From contig NC_045696.1 of assembly GCF_009834535.1 (NCBI RefSeq), forward strand, positions 92,630,001-92,694,000: a DNA stretch of 64,000 nt, written 5' to 3'. The notes beneath the pieces were generated by a model. That model made no database searches, was not told the origin of the DNA, and worked only from the letters and a program-made list of their open reading frames with translations. The position numbers and the translations under genes are program-made. The stretch is from Camelus ferus (lineage: Eukaryota). Shown here piece after piece: positions 13,830 to 26,849 of this stretch; position 1 is the stretch's first letter; every line of letters starts with the position of its first letter.

Positions 13830-15600
13830 TCAGGAAATAAAGTACTCACTCTTTTGGTACCTATTACTATTTTATGTGTCTATAATTACTGGTTTATAGC
13901 AATAGATCCTATTTGGCATTTCTCTCTGACTTGTGTGTGCTATACATTGTATCAGGCAAGTCAAACTTTCTCCTTATCTCTAATAAAACTTTCTGCCATA
14001 AAGTCAACTTTGTCTGAAATTATTATCTTCATCTATTTCCTTGTTTTCCCTGGTGTAGGTTTTCCTTTTCTTTTTTTTTTTTACCTTCACTCCTTCTATC
14101 CCTAGATAAACAAACTAGTTAGAGTTATTAGTCCTTTTTAATCGTGGGTTAATAATATAGTTGAATGCCATCCTACCATTTTATTCAGTAGCTTCTATTT
14201 GCCACACTTTTTGTTTCTTTCTCCTTTTTTATTTTCTTCTGAACTGATGATTTCTGACAGTTCATTTATTTCCCCTTTGCTAGTTTTGAAATTAAACTTT
14301 CTATTTTTATTCTTTAACAGTTCCCCTTCAATGTTATCAGGATTAAGTTATTAAGGATACTTAACAAAAGAGAATCAACCTCTCTGTCCACCTGGCGAAC
14401 AATACAAAGCATCTTCGAATGCTTTAACTCCCATCAGCCCCCACTGTGACTTATACGTTACTTTAGCTATACAATGTTATACTGTTTTTAAAAATAAACA
14501 TCAAAAATCAGACCATTATTTTATACAGTCCATGTCTGTTTAATTTTATCCACTTACCATTTTATTTGCTTACCACTCCATTTTGTATCTCAGACCTTTC
14601 AACCAGGATCCTTTTGATTCTCCTAAAGTCAGTTCTTTAAAACAGTGGTTCTTAACCCTAGCTGTACACAAATTACTTAGTATGCTCAGGTACCATCCCA
14701 CATCAATTAAGTAAGAAATTCTAGAGAGAAGGGGCCCAAGCATGGATACTTCAAAAGCTCCCCCTGTTGAATCTAATACACAGCCAGGGTTGAGAACCAC
14801 TGCCTTTATCCTTAAGTAACAGACTGCTCGTAATAAATTCTGTTTATCTGAAAATATCCTTATTTTGCCCTAGTTCTTTGAGACAGTTTATCTGTTCACT
14901 ATTATTCATAATTATTTTCTCTTGGCACTTTGAAGTCTTTCTGCTTTTACTGTTGCTTTCAGTAATAGTCTTTCCTTTATGTGGAAATCAATCTTTTTTC
15001 TGCAGCTGCTTTGTCTTTCACATTCTGCAGTTTCCATAGGTAAGCCTACTGGATGCCAAATTCTTTTCCTTTATCCTGGTTGGGATGTTATTATGTTTCC
15101 TGAATCTGAGGCACGGTGCTTTCACCAATGTGGAAGAATTAAAATACTTTTGTCTATTATCTCCTTCTAGACACACATTAAAGTTGACATTCTCATTCTC
15201 TCTTAACCTCTTCTAACCATATTTTCTCTTTGATGCTTTGTTCCAATTTCCGGATAATTTAACATCTGTCTTCAAGTTCACTAATTCTCTCATTAGCTTT
15301 TTTTAATTCCAGTTATTTCTAGAACTTAATTTTTTTTCCAAAGCACCCTAGCCATTTTTTTATTCTCTTATCATACACTTTATTCTTATATCAATAGCTT
15401 CTTTTAATTCTATGTACTTTACACATTGTCAGTCTGCTAATTCCAATACCTGAAGTGCTTGAGGGTCTTCTGCTAGTTGTTCCCACTAGCTCTCATTCAT
15501 GGTGCCTTACTTTTTATACATATTTTATAGTTTTTTATTGTAAGCTCATACTTGTTGGAACTCTATCTACAGGAATTCTTTGAGACCTAGTTGAAGATAT
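13830..15600 (-). mobile_element. Ancient L1 (L1ME/MC-like) fragment
   Basis: T-rich, highly decayed L1-like sequence; boundaries approximate. Confidence 0.5.
14643..14802. mobile_element. hAT-Charlie MITE (MER5A/B-like)
   Basis: TIRs cagtggttct / agaaccactg, about 160 bp. Confidence 0.8.
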
Positions 15601-16053
15601 TCCAAAGAGAATTTACACTGCTTCTTGCCTGACACCTGGAAGCACTACCAACCAAAGTTTAACACAGATAATAAATTTAGGCACCAAATATATAAAGAAC
15701 TGGAGACTTTTCCATCATCCTCAATTTAGAACTAAAATGATTTCCCTTACTTTCTTGCAATACGTATGGAAAGGTGTTTTAAAATACTTTATATCTAGCA
15801 TTTTTACCGATTGAAGGTATCTGTTAAAATATATGGAATGGCTGGAAAGAGAAGTCTGCATTTAAGAATCTCTGTAGAATACTTTCTTCATAGTCATTTC
15901 AAAGATTAAATTACTTAGAAATTTCAAATAATGAAACCCTAATCACTTCACTATAAAAACTGGAGTAAAACAAGAATCCATTCAATTCCTTGTACTGATT
16001 ATCTGTGTCTGTTTAAAGCTCCTATAATATACATATTCAATGTAAATTACTAC

Positions 16054-16169
16054 CTTTTTAACACTTGCAGAAAAATCAGCTACTATTTTCAAAATATTGT
16101 TGGTTTCAGGAAAATCCTTACAAATATAAGGTTCTTCAGCACATATTACTCTGATTGCCAGGCCAGGAC
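16054..16169 (-). CDS. GMPS: GMPS exon 11 (GPGLAIRVIC...SASVKK)
   Basis: Acceptor tatag|, donor AAG|gtagta; 116 nt. Confidence 0.98.
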
Positions 16170-16644
16170 CTATAGAGAACAGTTAACAGTGGTATTTAAT
16201 TTAAAGGTTATGTTAAATATAAAAAACTGACTTAAAGTCACTATTCCCAAAATATATTTTTATATTGTATTTTTTACCAATCTTACTGAAATATAATTGA
16301 CATATACAGTGTAGGTTTTTTCAAGTGTTTAATTTCAAATGTAGCTATTACTTTCCCATCCAACTCTTCATTTTTTAAGAATGCTTCAATTCTCTTTAAA
16401 TCAATGATTTCTGTCTCCTATCCCGAAAGTTCATGTATTAAGTGTCACAGAATTCTCCAATAAATATTTTTAATTCACAATATGTATGTCAATCTGTTTA
16501 AAATTACTTATATACACAATCCTTTGCCAACATACATGTTAGGGACTGAGAAACTTAAATTACTAGAGTTTAAGTTAATAATGTAAACAAGTGCTAATAT
16601 CCACATGGGTTATACCTTTGTGACATTGTTCATGGAGATAATAC

Positions 16645-16862
16645 AGTAGCTAGGAGTAACAAGCTCTGAGGTGAGATTTTTGGGACTAGAATCCTATTTC
16701 CAAACCCAACCTGCATAACCCTTGGCAAACTATCCTCTGTCCCTAAATTTCCTCATCTGCAAAACAGATTCTATTGTGAGGATCAAATAAGACAATGTGT
16801 GTAAAATACTCAGCAGAATGCCTAGAACTTGTTAGTATGCAAGAAATGTTAACTATTATTAT
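16645..16862 (+). mobile_element. MIR SINE
   Basis: MIR core tttcctcatctgcaaaa...ttgtgaggatcaaataaga and tail aaatgttaactattatt. Confidence 0.8.
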
Positions 16863-17521
16863 GTTTTTTAATTTAATTAGACCATTCTCTCAATTCATCA
16901 CCTAATGACTATGTAGAGGCCTAGAAACTGAAGTGTAAGACTTGTCCAAGCTCAAGAACCATAACAAAAATATGTTTAAGACTCTCAATTCTAACTTTCA
17001 ACAAATATTAACTCTAATTATCTATTTTTTTATACAGCAAAGTATTTTAAAAACTGACTATTTTTATTTGTTCATGAATTAGTTACATAAAGCACTGTTC
17101 AAAGAAATCGTTCCTCCATGTAGACAAGTCGGCCATGGGATAAGGGATTTCAGAGAACCAAGTTTTAACCCCATCTTCCATGGAATATGTCGTAGTATAG
17201 TAGAAGGAACATAAAAATCCCAGCTCTAACACTAAGAGCTGTGTAGCAGTGTTATTAAAATATCTCTATTTCTTGGTTTTCTCATCTGATGGCAACATTA
17301 CATGCCAATCTATACAAAAATGGTTAGATGAGTATTTAATAAAAAATGAAATATATACAGTAGGCACTAAAAAGAATGTTTATTCCCTACCCATCCTTTC
17401 CTTTCTCTCAAGTTACATATGTCCTAAGATGATAAATTACTTCAAAAACTGTCTGAGTTGATTTTTCTTCAACATTAAGGCCTAATAACAAATCAAACAG
17501 AACTCAGTTCTGTTTTTTCAC

Positions 17522-17627
17522 CTGGAAACGGATGCCTGGAAACTAACTCTTCTGGAAGTCCAAGTTCTCTGCCTAAAATTCTTACTTCATCTTTATGAAA
17601 ATCTTTCAGAGGTTCTATTACTTTTCC
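17522..17627 (-). CDS. GMPS: GMPS exon 10 ([16 protein letters not shown]...RHPFP)
   Basis: Acceptor tgtag|GGA, donor G|gtgaaa; 106 nt. Confidence 0.98.
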
Positions 17628-17959
17628 CTACAAAGAAGAAAAAGGCCAATTAATACAAAGTAGTAACCAAAATGACATGGAAAACAAAAAGTAATTACTG
17701 GCTTTTCCTGTTGTCTTTTACCTTAAAAAATCATTTTTCAAAACTCGACCTTTTAAAGTATTTCCTCCTATATGCTTATAAAGAGTTAGATGAATATTTT
17801 AGTGATCTTCATATTTCTCTTTGAAACACATTTTAAACATAAACCTCTTAAATAGAAATAAATCAGAGCAAACATACCCACTCAACTCTGATCTAGTTCT
17901 CATCTGAAAACAAGGCAATTAGAAAATACCGTGCTAGTGCTTAAAAAACTCACCAAATG

Positions 17960-18925
17960 ATACCATGAATAAGTGAAGACAATCCACAGAAGGCAAATCA
18001 TATATCTAATAAAGGATGTGTAACCAGATTATACAAAAAACACGAATCAATAATAAAATGATAAATAAGCCAATCTAAAAATAGGCAAAAGATCTGAATA
18101 GGTATTTCTCCACAGAAGATATACAAATGACCAATAAGCACATAAAGATGACTGACATTACTAGCTACTAGGGAAATGTAAATCAAAACCACAACGAGAT
18201 ACCACTTCTCATCCACTAGGATGCCCAAAATAAAAAGGGACAGATAATCCTCAACCCTTAGAATGGCTACTCTCAAAACGAAAACAAAAACCAAGCAGAA
18301 AATAACAAGTGTTGGGCATGCTGTAGAGAAAGTGGAAGCTCTGTGCATTGTTTGGTGGGACTGTAATATGGTGTAACTGTTATGAAAACATTTAAGGAGG
18401 TTGCTCAAAAAATTAAAAATAGAACTACTGTAAGATTCAGAAATCCCACTTCTTGGTATATATCCAAGAAACTGAAAGCAGGGGCTCCAAGAGATATTTG
18501 CAAACCCATGTTCATAGCAGCACAATTCATAACAGCCAGAAAGTGGAAACAAACCAAATGTGCATTGACAGATAAATGAACAAAATATGTATATACATAC
18601 AATAGAATATTATTCAATTAAAAAAGGAAGGAAATCCTGTCACAGGCTACAACATGGAAGAACCTTGAGGATCTATTATACTAAGTGAAATAAGCCAGTC
18701 ACAAAAAGACAAACACTGATTTCACTTATATGAGGTATCCAAAGTAGTCAAATTCACTGAAACAAAGTAAAGTGGTAGGTTACTGGGGTCAAGGAGAAGG
18801 AGAAAAGGGTAGCTGTTGTTCAATAGGTATATAGTTTCAGTTTGGGAAGATGGAAAAGTTGTGGAGATCTGTTTCACAATACAAATATGCTTAACATTAC
18901 TGAACTGTACACTTAAAAAATGATT
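17960..18925 (+). mobile_element. L1 3' end (end of ORF2 plus 3' UTR, L1MB/MA-like)
   Basis: ORF2 C-terminal motifs (CKPMFIAAQFITARKWKQTKC) and 3' UTR ending gaactgtacacttaaaa; ends about 55 nt from the exon 9 donor. Confidence 0.9.
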
Positions 18926-18980
18926 AAGGGAGCGGGGAAGGGAGGGAGGATTTATGGCACAAGTTCTCATAAGCTCTTAC

Positions 18981-19154
18981 CTCCTCTCTCAACTTTCTGA
19001 TAAGCTCTGTGTCGTTGTGATGGGTTTTGATGAGTTCAGCTTTGCCACTTGCAACAAGGGATGCACTTTCAATTAGATCAGGCCGTAAAGTACCTTGGGC
19101 AAGGAAAACCTCCTCTGGTTTCAGGTTCATTTCTCCAATTACTTCATTGGCAAT
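18981..19154 (-). CDS. GMPS: GMPS exon 9 ([16 protein letters not shown]...KLREE)
   Basis: Acceptor tatag|ATT, donor GAG|gtaaga; 174 nt. Confidence 0.98.
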
Positions 19155-19645
19155 CTATAATCAACGGGAGTAAACAGCCTTTTAAGAAGTGAATTTTTTC
19201 TAAAAGACAACAGAAGTTTATACTTTCAGCTAAATTTTTCAACAGTCCTTTTGCAATACTGACCAGGAGATGAAATCCACCAGTCCCCAAAATAAACTCC
19301 TTTAGAACATATCCTTGACATGATTCAAAAAGTTATGCCAATATTCCCATCAAAAGCCTAAAAAAAAAACTAGCCACTGAAATACCCAAAGAACTAAAAT
19401 ATAATATCAAGTGAAAACACCTATCCTTAAACAATTAAACCAATAGCCTGACAAAATAAGTACACTTGTTTTTTAAAACATAAAACGCTTTCTACTGGTC
19501 AGTAGGATAGCAATACACAGTAAAACTCTTAGCTAACAAAGGAATTAACATTAGCCAGAAAATGTGGTTATCTGGTATAATGACAAGAAAAAAATACTAA
19601 AATTCACATCAAAAATAGTACACGTTGAGGATGTTAAAAAGGTAC

Positions 19646-19797
19646 CTTAACAAAAGTATCCCCAATGATTTTTCTTTTCTCCTCAGGACTCGTAGTCATA
19701 TTTAATGTTTTGCTTATTCTTTTTCGTGGAGTTCTGTCTTCATCTGATATTGGTAGAGTTGTTGTTCCATTATAAAAAGAATGAGCAGCATTTATCA
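19646..19797 (-). CDS. GMPS: GMPS exon 8 (VINAAHSFYNG...GDTFVK)
   Basis: Acceptor cccag|, donor AAG|gtacct; 152 nt; overlaps ORF 19634..19819. Confidence 0.98.
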
Positions 19798-22000
19798 CTG
19801 GGGAAGAGGGGAAAAGCATGTTTTAAACTCATAGAAGATTGTTTTAAATCATAAATAATAGGTCAAACTACAAAAAGAAAACCTAGACAGATCCTCTGAT
19901 CTCCCTTTAGTTTGCCTACATATTTCAGAACCACCAATAAACCATGAGTCCACACACAGGCACTCATTAAATTTTATTCTTTTGAGAATCCTGTCGCATT
20001 TAATGATCTTGGCCCATAATATCACAAATTATGCTAATTGCTTTCCCTCTATTCAGTGTTTCACCAGAGCAACAGCAAAAGCCCCAGCAAGAAGCAAAGC
20101 CCCAAAGGAATTAAAGCAGTAGCAGATATACAGGGATCAGAGTTCTCAGAATTTCATACTGACCAAGTCTCTTAAAAACTTGATGTCTATGAACATATAT
20201 TCAGCGATCCTTGGCTGTCCTTTTATATTTAAGAGTGAAATATTTAAAAACAACTAACTAAAATCTCTATTTGGTAATAAAGCTGAACAACTGCTGGGCT
20301 TCGCTGTAAGATGCCAAGGCAGCTGGCTACTTCACTCGGGACCACCAGTGAATTTGCAGGTCTTTCTCTTAAGCTGGTCATTTATCCCAGAGAAGGTATC
20401 TCCAGTTTCCTGCCTATCAGCATTTTGGTAGTTGAACAGAGGAAGTTGTGGGAGGAGGGAGATACCAGGAAATTTTTACTTAATTTTACTGTTTTTAATG
20501 TAGAATATTACTTCCACCCTCAACTCTGCCTGGAATTAATATGCCCAAGTCCAGAGTTTCTCTTGTTTAGCCTCTCTTGATGAAAAGGGATAGCAGCAGT
20601 GTGTTCCTGTTTTAAGGAAAAAGATCTGCTCTCAGATTTTTAACAAATCAGTTTTAAAATGACTCAGTGAGCCAGGCCCAACAGGGAAGCCAATGTTCCA
20701 ACTCCTGAGCTTCCCCAGAAGTGTTGCTTTTTGTTGGCTTCCTTCCCTTACTCCCCACACCAAGGTTGTGAAGTTTCTCCTATGTCAGTTAACAGGGACA
20801 GATGCAGGTTTTTGTGGGGCTGAAACATTTACAATTTGGAGGCTTCCTTCGAGAAAAAGAATTAACAAGAGACGCATTTTTTTAAATCACAAGTTAAGAC
20901 TAGGATAGCTAACACAAACTATATACAGAAACAATTGCACATTGCATATATAGCACGAAACCCCAACTAAGTGTACCCCCAACTCAACTTTTCCTTAGCC
21001 TAATCTTAAAATGCCTACACCCCAAAACCACCCAAAAGAAAGCGAGTTAGATGGAAAGATTCAGTAAACTAAATTAATTACAAATTATTAAAATATCTTA
21101 CTTGCGAATTTCATAAAATTTATGACCACGTGAAGGACACTACTAGGGTCTTTCCCCAGGTTTTAGAAAAGGCTTCGCTAATGAGGATCCTGAAATTTAA
21201 GTTTCATTAGCTTATCAGAGAAACTTTGCATTATCCGTCTACTTTCCACATTCCAACATTTTGTTGAAACCATTAGACTGCTATCACCTCCTCTCTATTC
21301 CTTATTATCCTTGTGGCATTACACTTGTTTTAATGCCTATACTGTTATTTTAGTGAAGTTTCAAAAGGGGAAAAGAAACAGATTCATCTTTACTTCATTT
21401 TTAACTCTGTCTTCATTTTATATTCGCATCTTTTAGCAACAATTCCAATTAAATCAATAATATGTAGTTTATATCATTAAACTATTGACTTAATTTCACT
21501 CTATTGATTATGTCTTGTCTTTAAAAAGTATACAAGATATCCACAAATGTAAATGCAGTTAAGGCTTAAAAAGTTTACTAGTGGCCCTAAAAAAAGTGAC
21601 TTATAGACGCTTCACTCCTTTTCTCTATATAAGCTCTTTTATCTGTAAAATAATCTGTACATCTGTATCTGTAACAGGAAAGTTTGGATATTCTCATGCA
21701 CAGATATTATGGGTGGGAAAACATAATTTAAAAAAGAATGAATAGAAAGAACAGAATGGTAGCTAGAAAATGGTAACTTGTTGATCCATATAAAACATTA
21801 GGAGTAATCAACAGTTTTAAAATTTACACTGGAACCCCTCTTGAACCAGAATTGTAATGTAAAATTAAGAAACATTTTCAACCATAAGCTTATTGGGAAA
21901 ACTGTACTTGGTTAAGGTAATGCACTTACTTAAACCATAGGCTAGATTTGATTTAATAAGCCCTGACACGTAAACTAACTTTTCTGGAGTTCATCAATAC

Positions 22001-22166
22001 CTTTCACTTGAATTCCAAGCTTTTTGAGGGCCTCTTCTACAGACTGACTTTCTCGTTTTCTCATAAATCCATTATCAATGTGCACAGCAATGACCTGATC
22101 TTGGTTCAAAGCACGATTCAACAAAGCTGTACAAACTGTTGAGTCTACTCCACCACTGAGTAAAAC
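22001..22166 (-). CDS. GMPS: GMPS exon 7 (VLLSGGVDSTVC...GIQVK; PP-loop)
   Basis: Acceptor ttttag|GTT, donor G|gtattg; 166 nt. Confidence 0.98.
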
Positions 22167-22416
22167 CTAAAAGGTGAAATGAAAAGAAAAACTGAGTAGA
22201 ATAAGGAAAAAGATGACAAAAGCTATCATCTTAAATCACTACCTAAAAAACACTGTTATCAAAGGTAGGTACGGTAACTGGAAAAGCGCTCTGAAAGAGT
22301 GCAACTCACAAAGCACATGATCACGCAGCCAACATTTAAGGGCTATGTTGAGGAAGCCAATTCTGAGTTCCAACATTATTGACAAAAATTTAGACTTACA
22401 GGTGTAAATCGCTTAC

Positions 22417-22610
22417 CAAAACTTTTGATGTGCCCACTCTCTCTTTGATCTCTCGAATGCACTCAAGTTCTCTGTTCTGCACAGTGAAGGTCCCACTGCA
22501 CCCAGCTATATCATAGAGGAAATTCTTCAGTATTACTTTCCCATTTTCTGTAAGGCCAACTTCAGGGTGGAACTGTGCTCCATATAATTTTTTAGACTCA
22601 TTTGCTATAC
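22417..22610 (-). CDS. GMPS: GMPS exon 6 (GIANESKKLYGAQFHPEV...TSKVL; His/Glu of triad)
   Basis: Acceptor ctctataaag|, donor TTG|gtaagc; 194 nt. Confidence 0.98.
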
Positions 22611-22664
22611 CTTTATAGAGAAAAATAACAAATTAATTTTTTTTCGCATTGAAAGGACTCAGCC

Positions 22665-22698
22665 ATCGCTTCTCGGCCTTTTGGCTAAGATCAAGTGT
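22665..22698 (+). pseudogene. 3'-truncated U2 snRNA retrocopy (nt 1-34) with 14-bp TSD
   Basis: atcgcttctcggccttttggctaagatcaagtgt equals the recalled U2 5' end; flanked by gaaaggactcagcc at 22651-22664 and 22699-22712. Confidence 0.95.
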
Positions 22699-23329
22699 GA
22701 AAGGACTCAGCCAGTACCCACAGTAATTCCTCACAATTTCTTCCCCTATAAATGTGAAAACTGACACAAATTAGTCAACTTTTAGCTATAAGGGGAAAAA
22801 AACACAATACAAAGAAAGTCTACATTGTCATGATCTATCTTTATAAAAGTCTTTCTTTATGTAGTAATTAATGAACAGTATATATATGACAGTAAGAAAA
22901 GTTCTACAGAGATTATTTCATAGCACCCTCACTTCTCCACCCAGGTTACTGCAATTGTCTTGTCTATTTAATGCACTGATACTCAATTTTGGTTCTCAGT
23001 CCCATATGCTTCTCACATGCAATGTGCAGCTACCAATTTTCTATATTATAAGATCCTGAAACATTAAACCTATCAGAATAATCTAGTGTGTTTCTTCCTC
23101 AGATATTATTAACCACAAATATAACTTCAGGGACTTGATTAATGTTTCTGACAAATTATTATCTATAAAGCAGCAGATGTTAGGCTAGATGTTTTTACAT
23201 ACAGCCCCTGTTTATGGCTCTGAGATATCAAGAAACTTGCCTGAATTCCCAGCTAGTTAAGTAGTAAAATCAGGCCTGCCAGACTCCCAAACTTATACTC
23301 ATCGTACTCTATCAGGGAACCTCACACTT

Positions 23330-23805
23330 TCTTTACTCAGCTTCTAGGACACCACTCTCTTGGTTCATTTCTTATCCCTTCTGAATCTTCTTTGCTAGCT
23401 CTTCATCTTATCCATCTCTACACATGAAAGTCACCAAGTACTCAGCCCTTACATCTCTTCTCAAAACACTTTGAGTGATCCCAAACTCTCATGACCTTAA
23501 ATTCTGTCCATATGTTGGTATACCCCCCAATTTATTTCTCTAGCCCAGTTTTCTCTTCTACTGTCTTGACTCAAATATACAACTGCCTATTCATACCTTC
23601 ATTTCAATGTTCAATAAGGCATCTAGAACCTCATAAGCTAGCTCAAACTCTTGCATTCCCTCCCATCAGATAAACAGAAATTCCATCCTTCTGATTGTTT
23701 AGGCTGAGAAATTTGGAAGTTAAAACTCAACTGTCTATCTCTCTTTCCCACACCACATGCAATCCAACAGCAGATCCTTTGCCTCTGCCTTCAAAGCATA
23801 TCAGA
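23330..23805 (+). mobile_element. L2 fragment (5' part, interrupted by L1s)
   Basis: CT-rich L2-like motifs (ctaggacaccactctcttggtt, tatttctctagccca). Confidence 0.65.
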
Positions 23806-26800
23806 ATCAATAATCAAACACCTCCCCAAAACTGGCAGGACCAGATGGCTTCACCAGTGAATTCTACCAAACATTTAAAGAAATAATACCAACTCTTATC
23901 CAACTCTTCCAAAAAAATAAGAAAGACAAGAACACTTCCAAACTCATTCTATGAGGCAAGCAATACTCGGATATCAAAGCCAGACAAGAAAAGATGACAA
24001 GAAAAGAAAATCACAGGCCAATTATCTCTGATAAATATAGTTGTAAAAAGTCCTCAACAAAGTATTAGCAAACCAAATACAATATATTAAAAGGATCACA
24101 TGACATAATCAAGTGGGATTTATTCCAGGGATGCAGAGATGGTTCAACATCTGCCAATCAAGTGATACACCACATTAACAAAATGAAGGATGAAAGTAAT
24201 ATGGTCATTTCAACAGATGCAGAAAGAGCAACAGATAAAATTCAACACCCATACATGACACAAACTCTCAACAAACTGGAGACAGAAGGAATGTACCTCA
24301 ACATAACGAAGGCCATATACAACAAGCCCACAATTAACATCACACTCAATGGTGAAAAGCCTTTCCTCTAAGATCAGGAACAAGACAAGGATGCCCACTC
24401 TGGTCACTTTCATTCAACATAGTACTGGAAATCCTACCCAGACCAATCAGTTATGGAAAAGAAATAAAAGTGATCCAAACTGGAAATGAAGAAGTAAAAC
24501 TGTCTATTTGTCTCTATTTGCAGATGATGTGACATTACATCTAGAAAACCCTAAAGACTCCACCAAAACACTATTATTACTAATAAATTATTTTAGCAAA
24601 GTTGCAGGATAGAAAAATCAACATATAGAAATCAACTGTGAATGCACCAACAACAAACTATCAGAAGGAGAAATAAGAAAACATTCCCATCAACAAAATT
24701 AAAAAGAATAAAACAGGAATAAATTTAACCAAAAAGGAGAAAAATCTGTACACAGAACACTCTAATACCTTGATGAAAGAAACTGGAGGCATAAATAAAA
24801 AGATATTTCATGTCCAAGGATTAGAATTAATATTGTTAAAATGTAAATTCTATCCAAAGTAATCTACAGATTCAATTCGATCTCTATCCAAATTCCAATA
24901 ACTTTTTTCACAATATAAAAAACAATCCCAAAATGTGTATGGAATCGCAAAAGATCCCAAATAGCTAAATCAATCTTGAGAAAGAATAATAAATCTGGAA
25001 GCATCACATTTCAAAGTATACTACAAAGGTTGCGTCATCAAAACAGTATGGTATTGGGATAAAAACAGACCTATGGAACAGAATCAAAGGCCCAAAAATA
25101 AACCCACAGACATACAGTCAATTTATGACAAAGGAGCCAAGAATACATAATGAGCAAAGGATAGTCCCTTCAATAAATGGTGTTGGGAAAACTGGATAGC
25201 CACATGTAACAGAATGAAACTGGATCCCTGTCTTAAACCATACACAAAATTCAATTCAAAATGCATCACAGACTTTAATATGAAACCTGAAATCATAAAA
25301 TTCCTAGAAAAAAACATAGGGGCAAAGTTCCTTGACAATGACCTTGGTAATGGTTTTTTGGATTTGACACCAAAAGAAAAGGCAACAAAAGCAAAAATAA
25401 ACAAATCGGACCACCTCAAACTAAAAAGTCTTTGCACAGCAAAAACTATCAACAAAACAAAAAGACAAACTATGAAATGAGAGAAAATACTTGCAAACTA
25501 TCCAGTAAGAAGTTAATACCTAAAACATACAAAGAATTCACACAATTCAATAGCAAAAAAAAAAAACCAAATAACCCAAATAAAAAGTGGGCAAAGGATC
25601 TGAATAGACATTTTTCCAAAGAAGGCCTACAAATGGCCAACAGGTACATAAAAAGGTCCTCAACACCACTAATCATTAAGGAAATGCAAATCAAGCCCAC
25701 AATGACATATCACCTCACACCTGTTAGGATGTCTATTATAAAAAAGACAACATACCAAATGCTGGCAAAGATACGGAGGAAAGTGAATCCTTGTAGACTG
25801 TTGGTAGAAATGTATACTGTAAACTGGCAGAGCCACTATGAAAAACAATATGGAGATTCCACAAAAAATTAAAAATAGAACTACCATATGATCCAACAAT
25901 CCCACTACTAGATATATATCCAAAGGAAATAAAGCAAAATCTCAAAGAAATATCTGTATGTTCACTGTAGCATTATTCACAATGGCCAAGGTGTAGAAAC
26001 ATACTAAGTGTTCACTGACAGATGAATGGATAAAGAAAATGTGATAGACAGACAGACAAACAGACAGAATACACACACACACTCTCTGGAATAGTACACA
26101 GCCTCAAAAAAGGAAATCCTGTCATTTGCAACAACATGGATGAACCTAGAGAGCTATAAACTAAGTAAGCCAGACAGAGAAAGACAAACAATGCATGATA
26201 TCACTTAGTAGAATCTTTAAAAAAAAAAAAAAAAAAGCTGAATTCTAAACAGAAAATGGAAAAGTGGCAGCCAGGGGTTGGGGGATGGAGTGAATACAAA
26301 GAGGTTGGTAAAAGGGTACAAACTCTCAGAAGATAAAGTCTGAGGATCTAATGTATAATATGGTGACTATAGCTGATAACACTGTATTAGATGATGGAAA
26401 CTTGCTAAGCCAGTAGAACTTAAATGTTCTCACCAAAAAAAAAAAAGAAAGAAAGAAAAAGAAAAGGAAATACAATTGACCCTTGAAAAATGAAAAATGT
26501 GGGGCTTAGGGGTCCCTAACCTTAGTGCAAACAAAAACCTACATACAACTTTACTGTTGGCCTTCTGTACCCACAATTTCAACCAACCACAGATTACACA
26601 GTACTGTGATTTAGTGAAAAAAATCCACATATAAATTGACCCACACAGTTAAAGCCTGTGCTGTGTAAGGATCAGCCATATGTGATGTGATGGATGGGTT
26701 AGATTAACTCAGTGGGGGAAAATCCTTTCACAATGTATATGTACATCAAATCATCACACTGTACACTTTAAATATCTTATAATTTTGTCAATTATAATTC

Positions 26801-26815
26801 AATAAAGCAGGAAAA
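23806..26815 (+). mobile_element. 5'-truncated L1 (ORF2 RT to C-terminus plus 3' UTR, L1MA9/10-like)
   Basis: ggaccagatggcttcacc, caaggatgcccactct, tttgcagatgat (FADD); ORF pieces 24162, 25214 and 25432 translate as L1 ORF2p; AATAAA at about 26801. Confidence 0.93.
26473..26678. mobile_element. Tigger2/MER8-like MITE nested in the L1 3' UTR
   Basis: TA|caattgacccttgaa ... tgtaaggatcagcca|TA; the L1 3' UTR resumes (tgtgatgtgatggatg). Confidence 0.7.
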
Positions 26816-26849
26816 GTTAAATTTTTTTTAAATGTTAGGAGAAAAAAAA

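Noticed and set aside
17998..18552. 184-aa hydrophobic minus-strand ORF, and similar ORFs at 25123-25945 and 36329-36625
   Set aside because: Antisense readings of L1 sequence.
22665..22698. Functional U2 snRNA gene
   Set aside because: Only 34 nt; no Sm site, and no PSE or 3' box recognised; flanked by a TSD.
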